Shown here: positions 13,276 through 25,588 of the stretch, one piece after another
How the letters are laid out: the number at the start of each line of letters is the position of its first letter
Numbering within the stretch: position 1 is the first letter of the stretch
Assembly: GCA_951406725.2 (NCBI GenBank)
Contig: OX597817.1
Span: 1-64,000 of the forward strand
Reading direction: 5' to 3'
DNA from: Octopus vulgaris
Taxonomy: Eukaryota
DNA: 64,000 nucleotides
The notes under the pieces: generated by a model
Told to the model about the DNA's origin: nothing
The model's input: the letters and a program-made list of their open reading frames with translations, nothing else
The model's database searches: none
Translations under genes and position numbers: made by a program

Positions 13276-13933
13276 CTGAGGTACATACTTGGCTATGAGA
13301 GACAAGTAAGGCTGTGAAGCACAGGCACGGTTGTGAAATTGATAAACTTCTTTCTCAACCACATGTTATGGGTTCAGTGCAACTGCATGGCACCTTGGGA
13401 AAATGCTCTCTACTATGGCCCTGGACTGACCAAAGCTTTCTGAGTAGATTTGGTATTTGGATTTTGTAGCATTGCTCATGTGGTGTCATGGAAAAGTGCC
13501 CATGTAGTGCTATGTAAAAGCAATCAACACACTCGGTAAAGTGGTTGGCATTAGGAAAGGCATCCAGCTGTAAAAACCATGCCAAATCAGACTGGATCTT
13601 GTGCAGCTCCCCAGATTGCCAGCTCTGGTCAAACCATCCAGCACACATCAGCATGGACAACAGAAATTAAATGATAATGATGATGATGATGATGATATAT
13701 ATTTATGTATATATAAAAAACAAGTTAAGAATGGAGTTCTTGATATTACATTTATTCCATGGTTTACAATTGCATTGATAATGTCTTGCTGACAAATCAT
13801 ATAACATTGCTTGAAGGAATGTAAGCGAGCAATAATACTGGTATATCAATTATATAATACATATCAGATAATAATTAGCCATCTACTCATGACTCCTGCA
13901 TATTGTACATATCTATCTATCTGTATATATGTG

Positions 13934-13998
<65 letters not shown>

Positions 13999-14168
13999 TT
14001 AGGGAATAAATCCAAATTTACAGGGAAAAATCAGATTTAGGATTGAATCCAATTTTATAGTAAAATAATATATAATATTAATTAGAGACAAAACCACTAT
14101 TTTGTAAATCAAACAAGGAAAGACTTAATCAATACATAAAAAAATTTTAATATAAAGTAAATAAATCG

Positions 14169-14212
14169 CCACTACAATTGTTTCCTGTCTTCAAATGACA
14201 TTCATCAGGTGG
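14169..14212 (-). ncRNA. Minimal type I hammerhead ribozyme (inverted copy)
   Basis: Exact reverse complement of 15224-15267. Confidence 0.8.
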
Positions 14213-15223
14213 ATTTCATATCTAAAAATATCAATATTTAAAAATTTTTTAAAATTTTTAATGATTTATGTTTATTAATAGAATAACTCAATATATGTTA
14301 TTATTCACATTCATAAATTTGTTTTAGAGTGGGGTTGGGGTTTTTTAATAGTATATTGCTATGTATCTGCTGAATTTGTTACTCATCTGTGTTGAATTAG
14401 CGGTAGGAGTGCAGTTGTATGTGAGGGATTGTGTGTGAATGTGTGTGGGTGTGCATTGTTTATGTGTAGAAATGTTGTTTTTCTTTTGAGTGTTTATGTA
14501 TGTGTGAAAGTGTGTGTGTGTGTGTGTGTTTGTTTGCGTATTTGTGTATGTTTTGTTGAATGCATGTGGTATTTGGATATGTGTGTGTGTGTGTTGGGTT
14601 TAAGTATTAATGTATTGTGGTGGTATATATGTGGTATTTGGTATTTGATAGTTTCTTGCTAAGAATGAAATGTTTATATTGTTGTGGTTGAGTATACGTG
14701 GATGCTGGTTGTGTGGTTGTCATGCAGAGTGATTGTGTTTATGATTGAGGGTTGTATGTGTGTGTGAGGGAGTATGAATAAGTAATGTGTTGAGGTATTT
14801 GGCTATTTTATTAATTTATTAGTTGTTTATGTGTATGTATAGAGATATATATGGGAGTGTGAGTTAGTGTATGTATTTAGATATGTTTATATATACTTAG
14901 ATATATGTGTATGAGCATGTGTGTATATATAGTTTGTTTTTATTTTTGTTTTTTGTTTTTTGTTTTTTGTCTTTTGTTTTTTGTTTTTTGAAATTAGATT
15001 CTTCATCTTTAAATATGAGAACTTTAATAATAGGTTTCTGTATATTCAATTGTTTATAGAGGTTATTTTAGTTCTTGATTATATATTGATTATATATAGA
15101 TTATGTATAGATTATATATAGATTATATATTTTTATATTTTTTCATTGATAAATTTATATTATTTATAGTTTTAGCCATTTTAAATTTATTCTTTAAAAT
15201 ATTGATATTTTTAGATATGAAAT

Positions 15224-15267
15224 CCACCTGATGAATGTCATTTGAAGACAGGAAACAATTGTAGTGG
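15224..15267 (+). ncRNA. Minimal type I hammerhead ribozyme, intact core
   Basis: ccac-CTGATGA-a-tgtc-atttgaa-gaca-g-GAAAC-aatt-GTA-gtgg; palindromic stem III ACAATTGT. Confidence 0.85.
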
Positions 15268-15361
15268 CGATTTATTTACTTTATATTAAAATTTTTTTAT
15301 GTATTGATTAAGTCTTTCCTTGTTTGATTTACAAAATAGTTGTTTTGTCTCTAATTAATAT

Positions 15362-15392
<31 letters not shown>

Positions 15393-15414
15393 ATACATAT
15401 ATATATACACATAC

Positions 15415-15446
<32 letters not shown>

Positions 15447-15456
15447 GTATGTATAT

Positions 15457-15755
15457 GGAGGCGCAATGGTCCAGTGGTTAGGGCAGTGGACTCATGGTTG
15501 TAGGATCACGGTTTCAATTACCAGACCGGGTGTTGTGAGTGTTTATTGAGCGAAAACACCTAAAGCTCTGACAGGGGGTGGTGGCGATCCCTGCTGTACT
15601 CTTTCGCCGCAACTTTCTCTCACTCTTTCTTCTGTTGGCCTGCTTGCTTAGCCAGCAGGGTGGAGTCATATGAAGGCTAAAACAAGGCGAAGCGCATTGT
15701 GACCAGGGATGTGTAGCAACATCTGATAGCTTGGTCGGTCACGTGATCACGTGAT
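15457..15755 (+). mobile_element. tRNA-derived SINE (family 4 head)
   Basis: tggaggcgcaatggtccagtggttagggcagtggactc...ggtttcaattacc with A/B-box-like head; flanked by TA repeats. Confidence 0.75.
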
Positions 15756-16368
15756 ATATATATTTGACCGTGTTCTGCTGTCTGCAGGATACACGAACCA
15801 TATGAAGTCACATGAAAATTGTAATGCCCAGATAGGTAATGATCTTGGAGACCAACCACTTCTTATGACTTGTGTCATATGTCAGAAAACTTGTAAGACA
15901 ATACCTGGACTTAAAAGACATATGCTCATTCGCAAAAACATTCCTTCAGAATCAGATTCCAAAGGGCAAATATATAGAAGAAACTTGAATAATATCTGTG
16001 TGCATGTGTGTGTGTGTGCATGTGCGTATGTGCACGTGTGTAAGTGTGTATGTACATATGTATGCATATAAAGCCATGTGGCTTTGTGGCGAGGGGCTGC
16101 TCTATCTATCATAAGACTATAGGCTTGATTCCTATGGCAGGCAGCACATTGTATCCTTTGAGCAAGGCCCTTCATTTCACATTGCCCCAGTCAACTCAGC
16201 TGAAAATAGATACCAGCTGACTGCTGGTGTAGCTCTTTCTATCACCAGTTCATATATTCTCATTGTGCCACTTTCTCAATGTCTACTTGTCATTACATTA
16301 GCACCTAAAACAATTAGAGAAAGCATGGGTCATACAAGGTCTTATTTATTTGTGAATGATCGCTTAGC

Positions 16369-16860
16369 ACAGGCATAGCAGTGTGGTAAGAAGTTCCCTT
16401 CCCAACCACATTGTTCAAGGTTCAGTCCCATTGCATGGCATCTTGGACAAGTCTCTTTTATTATTGCCCTGGGCCAACCAAATCCTTGTGAGTGGAATTG
16501 GTAGACAGAAACTGAAAGGAGCCTGATGTGTACATTTGTCTATATATGTATGTCTGTCTGTATTTGTGTTGGTTTGTTTATGTCCCCATAACTTAGCAGT
16601 TTGGCAAAACAGACTGATAGAATAAGTGCCAGGTTTTAAAAGGTAAAAAATAAGTTCTGGGGTTGATTTGTTTCACTAAAACTCTCCAAGGCAGTGCTCC
16701 AGCATAGCCACAGTCTAATGATTGAAACAAGTAAAAGATTAAAAGATGCATTTATTTATCTGTGCGAGTGTAATATGTGTTCATGTGTAGTCTGTAAATT
16801 TGTATATATTAATATGTACATATATATATGTGTGTGTATATATATATATATATGTATGTC

Positions 16861-16894
<34 letters not shown>

Positions 16895-16925
16895 GTATGT
16901 GTATGTATATATATATGTATATGTG

Positions 16926-16964
<39 letters not shown>

Positions 16965-17200
16965 AGAGAGAGAGAGGGGAGATACTCTTTACTCTTTTAC
17001 TTGTTTCAGTCCTTTGACTGTGGCTATGCTGGAGCACTGCCTTTAGTCAAGCAAATGGACCGCAGGACTTATTTTTTGTAAGCCTAGTACTTATTGTATC
17101 GGTATCCTTTGCTGAACTGCTAAGTTATGGGGGCGTCAACACACCAGCATCAGTTGTCAAGCAATGTTGGGGGGACAAACACAGACACACAAACACACAC
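16369..17200. mobile_element. Two family-1 SINEs, tail-to-tail (+ 16369-16745; - 16983-17200)
   Basis: Similarity to 38632-39040. Confidence 0.75.
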
Positions 17201-17735
17201 ACACACACAGACACACACACACACATATATATACACATACATACATGCATGTGTGTGTATAAATATTCTCAGGCACGCAGGGATCAAGCTGAAGAAATGG
17301 CAAATATCTCAACAGAAACTCAATTGCAGTTCAACAGAATCTTAATGGTTTGGTGCAACAGACAAAAGATGGTGTCAGTGAAGACAATGGTAAGGATGGT
17401 GGTGGTGGTGGTGGTGGCAGTAAGGGTATCAGAGATGGTAGGTGCAGTGTTGATGGGACAGGAATATTTTGATGATGATGATGATGATATTGAATGTGGT
17501 AATAGTGGTGGTGGTGGTGGTGGTGGTGGTGGCAGTGGTGGTGGCACTGCTGTTGCAGACATTGAGTGTGAATGTAGCAGGGTTGGTAGGGGGGCGGGCA
17601 TGAAGGAATGAGATGTCGGTGATAAATAGTAGTGATTGGTTTAATTTTGTTTTTGTTTCACATTACAAACATAAATTGTCTTTACTGTTCTGAATACACA
17701 CATGTGCATGTGACGATATGTATGTATAGGTATAC

Positions 17736-17767
<32 letters not shown>

Positions 17768-17867
17768 GTGTATCTACGTGTATATGTATGTATATATATA
17801 TATATTCTGTTTATCTCTCTATCTCTCTCACCCACACACTCTGTCTCTCCCTCCCTGCATATATATA

Positions 17868-19980
17868 TCATCATCATCATCATCATCATTTAACGTCCGC
17901 TTTCCATGCTAGCATGGGTTGGACGGTTCAACTGGGGTCTGGGGAGCCCGAAAGCTGCACCAGTCCAGTCAGATCTGGCAGTGTTTCTACAGCTGGATGC
18001 CCTTCCTAACGCCAACCACTCCGAGAGTGTAGTGGGTGATTTTATGTGCCACCGACACAGGTGCCAGACGAGGCTGGCAAACGGCCACGCTCGGATGGTG
18101 TTTTTATGTGCCACCGACATAGGTGCCAGATGAGGCTGGCAAACGGCCACGATCGGATGGTGTTTGTTACGTGCCCACAGCACGGAGGCCGGTCGATGCG
18201 GAACTGGCTACGGCCACGTTCGGATGGTTCTCTTGTGTGCCGCCGGCACTGGTACCACAAAGATACAGATTCCATTGATGTTCATCTATTTTGATTTGTT
18301 TTGATTTTGATTTTGATTTTCACTTGCCTCAACAGGTCTTCACAAGTATCACAAGGAGGAAGGTATGCACAGGTGGACTGACTACGTCCCAGGTAGGGGC
18401 CATGGGATATGGCCTGACTAGTCTTGCCGGGTCTTCGGATGGTGTTTTTATGTGCCACCGACACAGGTGCTAGATGAGGCTGGCGAACGGCCACGATCGG
18501 ATGGTGTTTGTTATGTGCCCACAGCACGATGGCCAGTCGATGCGGTACTGACTACGGCCACGTTCGGATGGATTTCTTGTGTGCCACAGGCACTGGTACC
18601 ACAAAGATACAAATTCCATTGATGTTCATCTATTTTGATTTGATTTGATTTTCATGTGCCTCAACAGGTCTTCACATGTGTCACAAGAAGGAAGGTATGC
18701 ACAGGTGGACTGACTAGTCTTGCCGGGTTTTCGGAAGGTGTTTTTATGTGCCACCGACACAGGTGCCAGATGAGGCTGGCGAACGGCCATGATCGGATGG
18801 TGTTTGTTACGTGCCCACAGCACGGAGGCCGGTCGATGCGGAACTGGCTACGGCCACGTTCGGATGGTTCTCTTGTGTGCCACCGGCACTGGTACCACAA
18901 AGATACAGATTCCATTGATGTTCATCTATTTTGATTTGTTTTGATTTTGATTTTGATTTTCACTTGCCTCAACAGGTCTTCACAAGTGTCATCTTCGGAT
19001 GGTGTTTTTATGTGCCACCGACACAGGTGCTAGATGAGGCTGGCGAACGGCCACGATCGGATGGTGTTTGTCATGCGCCCACAGCACGGAGGCCGGTCGA
19101 TGCGGTACTGGCTACGGCCACTTTCGGATGGTTTTCTCTTGTGTGCCACCGGCACTGGTACCACAAAGATACAAATTCCATTGATGTTCATCTATTTTGA
19201 TTTGTTTTGATTTGATTTTGATTTTCACTTGCCTCAACAGGCCTTCACAAGTATCACAAGGAGGAAGGTATGCACAGGTGGACTGACTACGTCCCAGGTA
19301 GGGGCCATGGGTTATGGCCTGACTAGTCTTGCCGGGTCTTCGGATGGTGTTTTTATGTGCCACCGACACAGGTGCTAGATGAGGCTGGCGAACGGCCACA
19401 ATCGGATGGTGTTTGTTATGTGCCCACAGCGCGATGGCCAGTCGATGCGGTACTGACTACGGCCACGTTCGGATGGATTCTTGTGTGCCACCGGCACTGG
19501 TACCACAAAGATACAAATTCCATTGATGTTCATCTATTTTGATTTGTTTTGATTTTCACTTGCCTCAACAGGTCTTCACAAGTGTCACAAGAAGGAAGGT
19601 ATGTACAGGTGGACTGACTACGTCCCAGGTAGGGGCCACGGGTTATGACCTGACTAGTCTTGCCGGTTCTTCGGATGGTGTTTTTATGTGCCACCATGTT
19701 CCCACAGCACAGAGGCCAGTCGATGCAGTACTGGCTACGGCCACGTTCGGATGGTTTTCTTGTGTGCCACAGGCACTGGTACCACAAAGATACAAATTCC
19801 ATTGATGTTCATCTATTTTGATTGATTTTCACTTGCCTCAGCAGGTCTTCACAAGTGTCACAAGAAGGAAGGTATGCACAGGTAGATCGACTATGTCCCA
19901 GGTAGGGGCCACGGGATATGGCCTGACTAGTCCTGCCGGGTCCTCTCATGCACAGCACACTTCCATAGGACTCGGTTACT
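17868..19980 (-). mobile_element. RTE LINE 3' end on the minus strand with six tandem 3'-UTR units
   Basis: (GAT)n tail at left; unit marker ggtaccacaaagatac at 18251, 18595, 18891, 19157, 19499, 19778; 19925-19980 is the reverse complement of the ORF end at about 22120-22180. Confidence 0.85.
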
Positions 19981-22660
19981 TGAAGCCTTTGACGAAGTGG
20001 AAGGGGGTATAGCTACGCATGGGGTAGAAGACAACTGGACGTTTCTGAGGGACAACCTGCTGAAAGCCGCTGACCAGATCTGTGGCTGGTGCAAAGTCCT
20101 CTTAAGACCCAAAATAACGTGGTGGTGGAACAATATTGTTGACAGGGCTATTAGACAAAAGAAACAGGCTTGGAAGGCCTGGAAGAACGGTGGTAGCAGG
20201 GAAGTGTATCAGACTGCCAGAAGGGAAGCTAGGAGACAGGTCTATCTAGCCAGAGGGGAGGCAGATAAAGAAAAATTTGCCAATGTCCTGCGCCGTGAGG
20301 ATGAAAGACTTGAGGTATTTCGTGTTGCAAGACAGTGTGTGAGAGAGAATCGTGACGTGGTAGGAGAGAAATGTGTTCGCAAGGATGACGGTTTACTTGC
20401 GCTAAATGAGGATGCAAAGAGAGAGGCTTGGAGATGCCACTATGAAAGGTTGCTGAATGAGGAAAATGAATGGGATAAAGAGAGTCTCCCGAATGTCGAC
20501 CCAACAGAGGGACCAGCAATCCGAGTTAACAGTTCCTTAGTAGATAAGGCAATTAGAAGCATGAAAACAGGAAAAGCCCCAGGCCCATCAGGAATTACTG
20601 CAGAGATGCTCAAAATATCTGGTAGTGTCGGCTATAGCCTAGTCACCCGTATAGTTAACCAGGTGATACACGAAGGAGTCATACCCAATGACTGGTGTAG
20701 CAGCATAATAGTCAACTGCTACAAAGGTAAAGGCGACGCCCTGGATACAAATAACTACAGGGGCATCAAGCTGCTGGATCAGGTAATGAAGGTTACGGAG
20801 AGGGTTATAGCCCAACTAATTAGAGAGAGAGTTAGCTTAGATGAGATGCAGTTTGGGTTCGTGCCAGGGAAAGTACTACTGATGCTATATTCCTGGTAAG
20901 ACAGCTGCAGGAGAAATACTTAGCCAAAGACAAGCCCCTATACCTGGCTTTTGTTGATATGGAGAAAGAATTCGACAGGGTCCCCCGATCCCTTATCTGG
21001 TGGTCAATGAGGAAACTAGGGATAGATGAATGGTTAGTGAGAGCTGTACGAGCCATGTACAGAGGCGCTGCTAGTAAGGTGAGGGTTGGCAACGAGTACA
21101 GTGAAGAATTCCGGGTAGAGGTTGGGGTCCACCAAGGTTCAGTCCTCAGTCCCCTCCTATTCATCATAGTCCTCCAAGCAATAATGGAGGAATTCAAGAC
21201 AGGATGCCCCTGGGAGCTCCTGTATGCTAATGACCTTGCTCTAATTGCTGAGTCTCTATCAGAACTGGGGGAGAAGTTTCAGGTGTGGAAGCAAGGTTTA
21301 GAATCGAAGGGCCTTAGAATCAACCTACCCAAAACCAAAGTCCTAATAAGTAGGAAGGTAGACCAATCACAAACGCCTTCAGGTAGATGGCCCTGCTCGA
21401 TCTGTAAAAAAAGGCGTAGGTGGAAACTCTATAAGATGCACCAAATGTAAGCTATGGACACATAAGAGATGTAGTAATGTCAAAGGAAGACTAACTAGGA
21501 AAATAGTTTTTATCTGTGGCAGATGCTCAGGAGCAATAAACTCTGAAAATATGCAGAGACGAACTTCTACCGTGTTCCAGGGAGAAAAACTAAAAGTAGT
21601 TGATAGCTTCCACTACCTAGGTGACCAAGTCAGTAGCGGGGGCGGGTGTGCTGAAAGTGTAACTGCTAGAGTAAGAATAGCCTGGGCAAAGTTTAGAGAG
21701 CTCTTACCCCTGCTGGTGACAAAAGGCCTCTCGCTCAAAGTAAAAGGCAGACTGTATGATGCATGTGTACGTACAGCCATGCTACATGGTAGTGAAACTT
21801 GGTCTGTGACTGCTGAGGTTTTGCGTAACCTCGCAAGAAATGAAGCTAGTATGCTCCGATGGATGTGTAATGTCAGTGTTCATAATCGACAGAGTGTAAG
21901 TACCTTGAGAGAGATGTTGGACCTAAGAAGCATCAGTTGTTGTGTGCAAGAGAGACGTTTGCGCTGGTATGGTCATGTGACGAGAATGGCTGAAGATAGT
22001 TGTGTGCGAAAGTGCCACACCCTGGCAGTTGAGGGGACCTGTGGAAGAGGTAGACTGAGGAAAACCTGGGACGAGGTGGTGAAGCACGATCTTCGAACTT
22101 TAGGTCTCACCAAGGAAATGACTAGAGACCAAGACCTATGGAAGTATGCTGTGCGTGAGAAGACCCGGCAAGACCAGTGAGAACAGTCAAAATCGAAATC
22201 AAAATAAAACCAAATCAAATCAGATATCAGAAAGCAGAACCAAAATTGAGGTCGATCAACATCAGTGGAAATTGCAGCTGGGGTTAAGCGAACCATCCGA
22301 TCATGGCCGTTGCCGGCGCCGCCCTGTCTGGCCTCCGTGCCGGTGGCACGTAAAAGCACCATCCGTTCGTGTCCGCTGCCAGCCTCGCCTGGCCCATGTG
22401 CCGGTGGCACGTAAAAGCACCATCCGTTCGTGGCCGTTTGCCAGCTCCGTCTAGCACCTGTGCGGGTGGCACGTAAAAAGCACCCACTACACTCACGGAG
22501 TGGTTGGCGTTAGGAAGGGCATCCAGCCGTAGAAACACTGCCAGATCAGACTGGGCCTGATGCAGCCTTCCGGCTTCACAGACCCCAGTTGAACCGTCCA
22601 ACCCATGCTAGCATGGAATGCGGACGCTAAATGATGATGATGATGATGATGATGATGATA
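19976..22660 (+). mobile_element. 5'-truncated RTE-clade LINE with a frameshifted reverse transcriptase ORF
   Basis: ORF pieces 19997-20899, 20959-21450, 21551-22180: KAPGPSGI, NYRGIKLL, QFGF, GVHQGSVLSPLLF, LLYANDL (YADD decayed), FHYLG, HGSETW, RLRWYGHV, GRGRLRKTW; 3' UTR ends in (GAT)n. Confidence 0.92.
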
Positions 22661-23926
22661 TATATATATGTGTGTATATATATATATATTTAAGTATGTA
22701 TATCAGTGCTGCTACCACCACCACCACCACCACAATCAATATCATTATCGTCACCAATTCACACGTGCAAACATATATATATACATACATATATATACAT
22801 ATACACATGTATGTATGTATGTATGTATGTACGTATGTATGTATATACATATATACAAATACATTCGTGTATACATACATATATTCAGATTCTATAATTA
22901 AAGGTTTGATGGATTTCCCGGAAGTCTCCCTTTACCTAAATCAAACAAAATGCATCTGTGGCTAAGGTTGGTGCTAACCTCTTATGCAAATTGATCCCAG
23001 GAGGTGTAGGTGAGGTCAGAGGTAAAGTGAGTGTTGGTGGGAGTATAGAAAGTGTTGCTGTGATTTCGAAGAGGAGGTAGCTGTTGGGGAGGAGAAAGCA
23101 ATAAGCTGCTGTAATGGTGCCGGTATTGATATGTGTGTGTGTGTGGTGTGGGGGGGGGGGGTGTTTGTGTGTGTGTGGGGGGGTGTTTGTGTGTGTGGGG
23201 GTGTTTGTGTGTGTGGGGGGTGTTTGTGTGTGTGTGGGAGGGGTTGTGTTTGAGTAGCGTTGCAATACTGATTACGTGGGAAGGATGCCTCCCCATCAGA
23301 TTGGAGGAATTGTACGTGTATTGTGTATGTGTGTGTGTGTGCATGCATGCATGTGTGTGCAAGTGCATGTGCGAGTGTGTGTGTGTGTGTGTTGGAGGGA
23401 GGCATTAGAAAGGAGGTGGGGGAATCGTGTCTTTGAAACTGGGGTGTCCCTCAGGCAGTGGATTGGAGTGTCCAAGTGATGAAGCAGAGGGATTTTGGGT
23501 GCTGGAGAAGAAGGAGTTGAATTAATGATGATGATGGTGGTGGTATTGATACTGGTGATGATGGGATGATCATACAAATACTAACAGTAATGATGATGAT
23601 CATCATCATCATAGTGAAGTGATAATGATGACAACAACGATGACGGCGACGACGACACAGATGATGATGAAGATGATGATGATTCTGAAGAGATGAGATG
23701 AGATCTAGATGTTCAATAAGAGATTCCATCAATGAAGTGTGTAATGAAGCAGTGGAACACATTTACCATATTCTTGGAATTCTCTCACCCTCTCACCATC
23801 TTCCTACTTTCTCTTTTACCAATATCTTTCTCAGTACTCTATCCCCTTTTTTCTCTCTCTCTCTTTTACCAACTATCTCTCTCTTAAACTGCATATCTCT
23901 CATTTTTTCCCTCTGTGCACTCAATA

Positions 23927-24001
<75 letters not shown>

Positions 24002-24008
<7 letters not shown>

Positions 24009-24626
24009 TTTATATTGTATAGAGGGCATTATTACATATAAATGCCTCACACTAAGAGGGACATAAGTCATTGCTACCAAAATTTCACTAATCGTACCTA
24101 ATGCAGTTTTTCAAAGCAAGACATTTAAAAAATGAATTTAGTTCTATATCACCTGTGATTTCACACTTACCGCATAAAAAATGCGTCTATGTTCATCAGT
24201 AGAACTGATTCTGAATACATCATAAATAAACGACCAACATTACCTGGCGAAGTCGAACAGACATCTGCTCTCTCCGGCGAAGCACATGGAGATGTTTATG
24301 AATCATATATTCGGTATAAATCATATATTTTTTATGCGGTAAGTGTGAAATCACAGGTGATATAGAACTAAATTCATTTTTTAAATGTCTTGCTTTGAAA
24401 AACTGCATTAGGTACGATTAGTGAAATTTTGGTAGTAATGACTTATGTCCCTCTTAGCGTGAGGCATTTATGTGTAATAATGCCCTCTATACAATATAAA
24501 TTAATATGTTCAAAAGAAAAAAAATATTTTCGAATTTTTCTCTTATGAGGTTTTTCACGCTAGCTACCTGATAATTTCTTAAGATTCCTTATTAAGAAGT
24601 TATCCTTAATTGTTAAATATATATAT
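24002..24626. mobile_element. Penelope-like inverted-repeat cassette in (TA)n
   Basis: ~180-bp inverted arms 24002-24182 and 24327-24506; a complete hammerhead runs off the end of the left arm. Confidence 0.85.
24140..24206 (-). ncRNA. Type I hammerhead ribozyme, intact core
   Basis: Minus strand: agttcta-CTGATGA-acat..cgcat ttttt atgcg..gtgt-GAAA-tcac ag gtga-TA-tagaact; perfect 7-bp stem I; AUA cleavage triplet. Confidence 0.88.
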
Positions 24627-24726
24627 ATATATATGTATATACATTTTCTCTCTCTCTCTTGCCCTTCCTCTCTTTTCAACTCAGTATCTTTCAGCACCCC
24701 TTTCTCTTTCTCTTCACTCTCTCTCT

Positions 24727-25432
24727 CTTCTTCTTCTTCTTCTTCTTCTTCTTCTTCTTCTTCTTCTTCTTCTTCTTCTTCTTCTTCTTCTTCTTCTTCT
24801 TCTTCTCTATTAATCTCTCGCTAAAGAACATCACTGGATGTCAACCAACACTCACACATCGCTGCACTGATTCAACAACATACTAGAGTTTGATGATAGC
24901 AACATGGCCGGCTGGCGGCTGGCGACCACAGCACTTGGATTAGATACAGACAGGGCAACACACGAAGAAGACACACCACTACAACCACCACCACCAACAC
25001 CACCACTACCACCATCACCACCACCACCAACACCACAAACACCACCACCACACCACCACCACCACCACAACCACCACCACCACCACTACCACCACCACCA
25101 CCATCACCACTACCACCACCACCACTACCGCCACCACCATCACCACTACCACCACCACCACCATCACCACTACCACCACCACCATCGATACCACCACCAC
25201 CATCACTACCACAACCATCACTACCATCATCATCATCATCATCATTGTCATTGTTGTTGCCACTATCACCACCACCACCACCACCACCACTAGCTCTACA
25301 ACTACCACTACCTCCATTACCACCACCACCACCACCACCATCACCACCATCCCCATCATCATTGCCACCACCATGACTGTCACAACCACCACTACCACCA
25401 TCATCATCATCGTCACTATCATTGTCATCACC
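24727..25432. repeat. (TTC)n and long (CAC/CAT)n microsatellites
   Basis: Direct reading. Confidence 0.95.
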
Positions 25433-25549
25433 AGAGTAGTTGTTGTTCAATTATAGTACAGGCATGGTTGCAGGGTTAAGAAGTTTTCTTCAGTTTCATC
25501 CCATAGAAATTCCTTGGCTATGAATCTTCTTTCTCAGACTGAGTGTGTG

Positions 25550-25588
<39 letters not shown>

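Larger units (their letters stand above)
14002..15368. mobile_element. Penelope-like inverted-repeat cassette in (TA)n
   Basis: ~170-bp inverted arms at about 14068-14240 and 15197-15368, each with an identical hammerhead; GT-rich non-coding spacer. Confidence 0.85.

Noticed and set aside
15765-15945. C2H2-like motif CVICQKTCKTIPGLKRH (a similar one near 41590-41660, minus strand)
   Set aside because: Isolated and degenerate, with no splice context; more likely LINE C-terminal zinc-finger remnants than host zinc-finger exons.
18040-19960. CRISPR-like appearance of regularly recurring motifs
   Set aside because: Whole units repeat with no unique spacers, the sequence derives from an RTE 3' UTR, and there are no cas genes.
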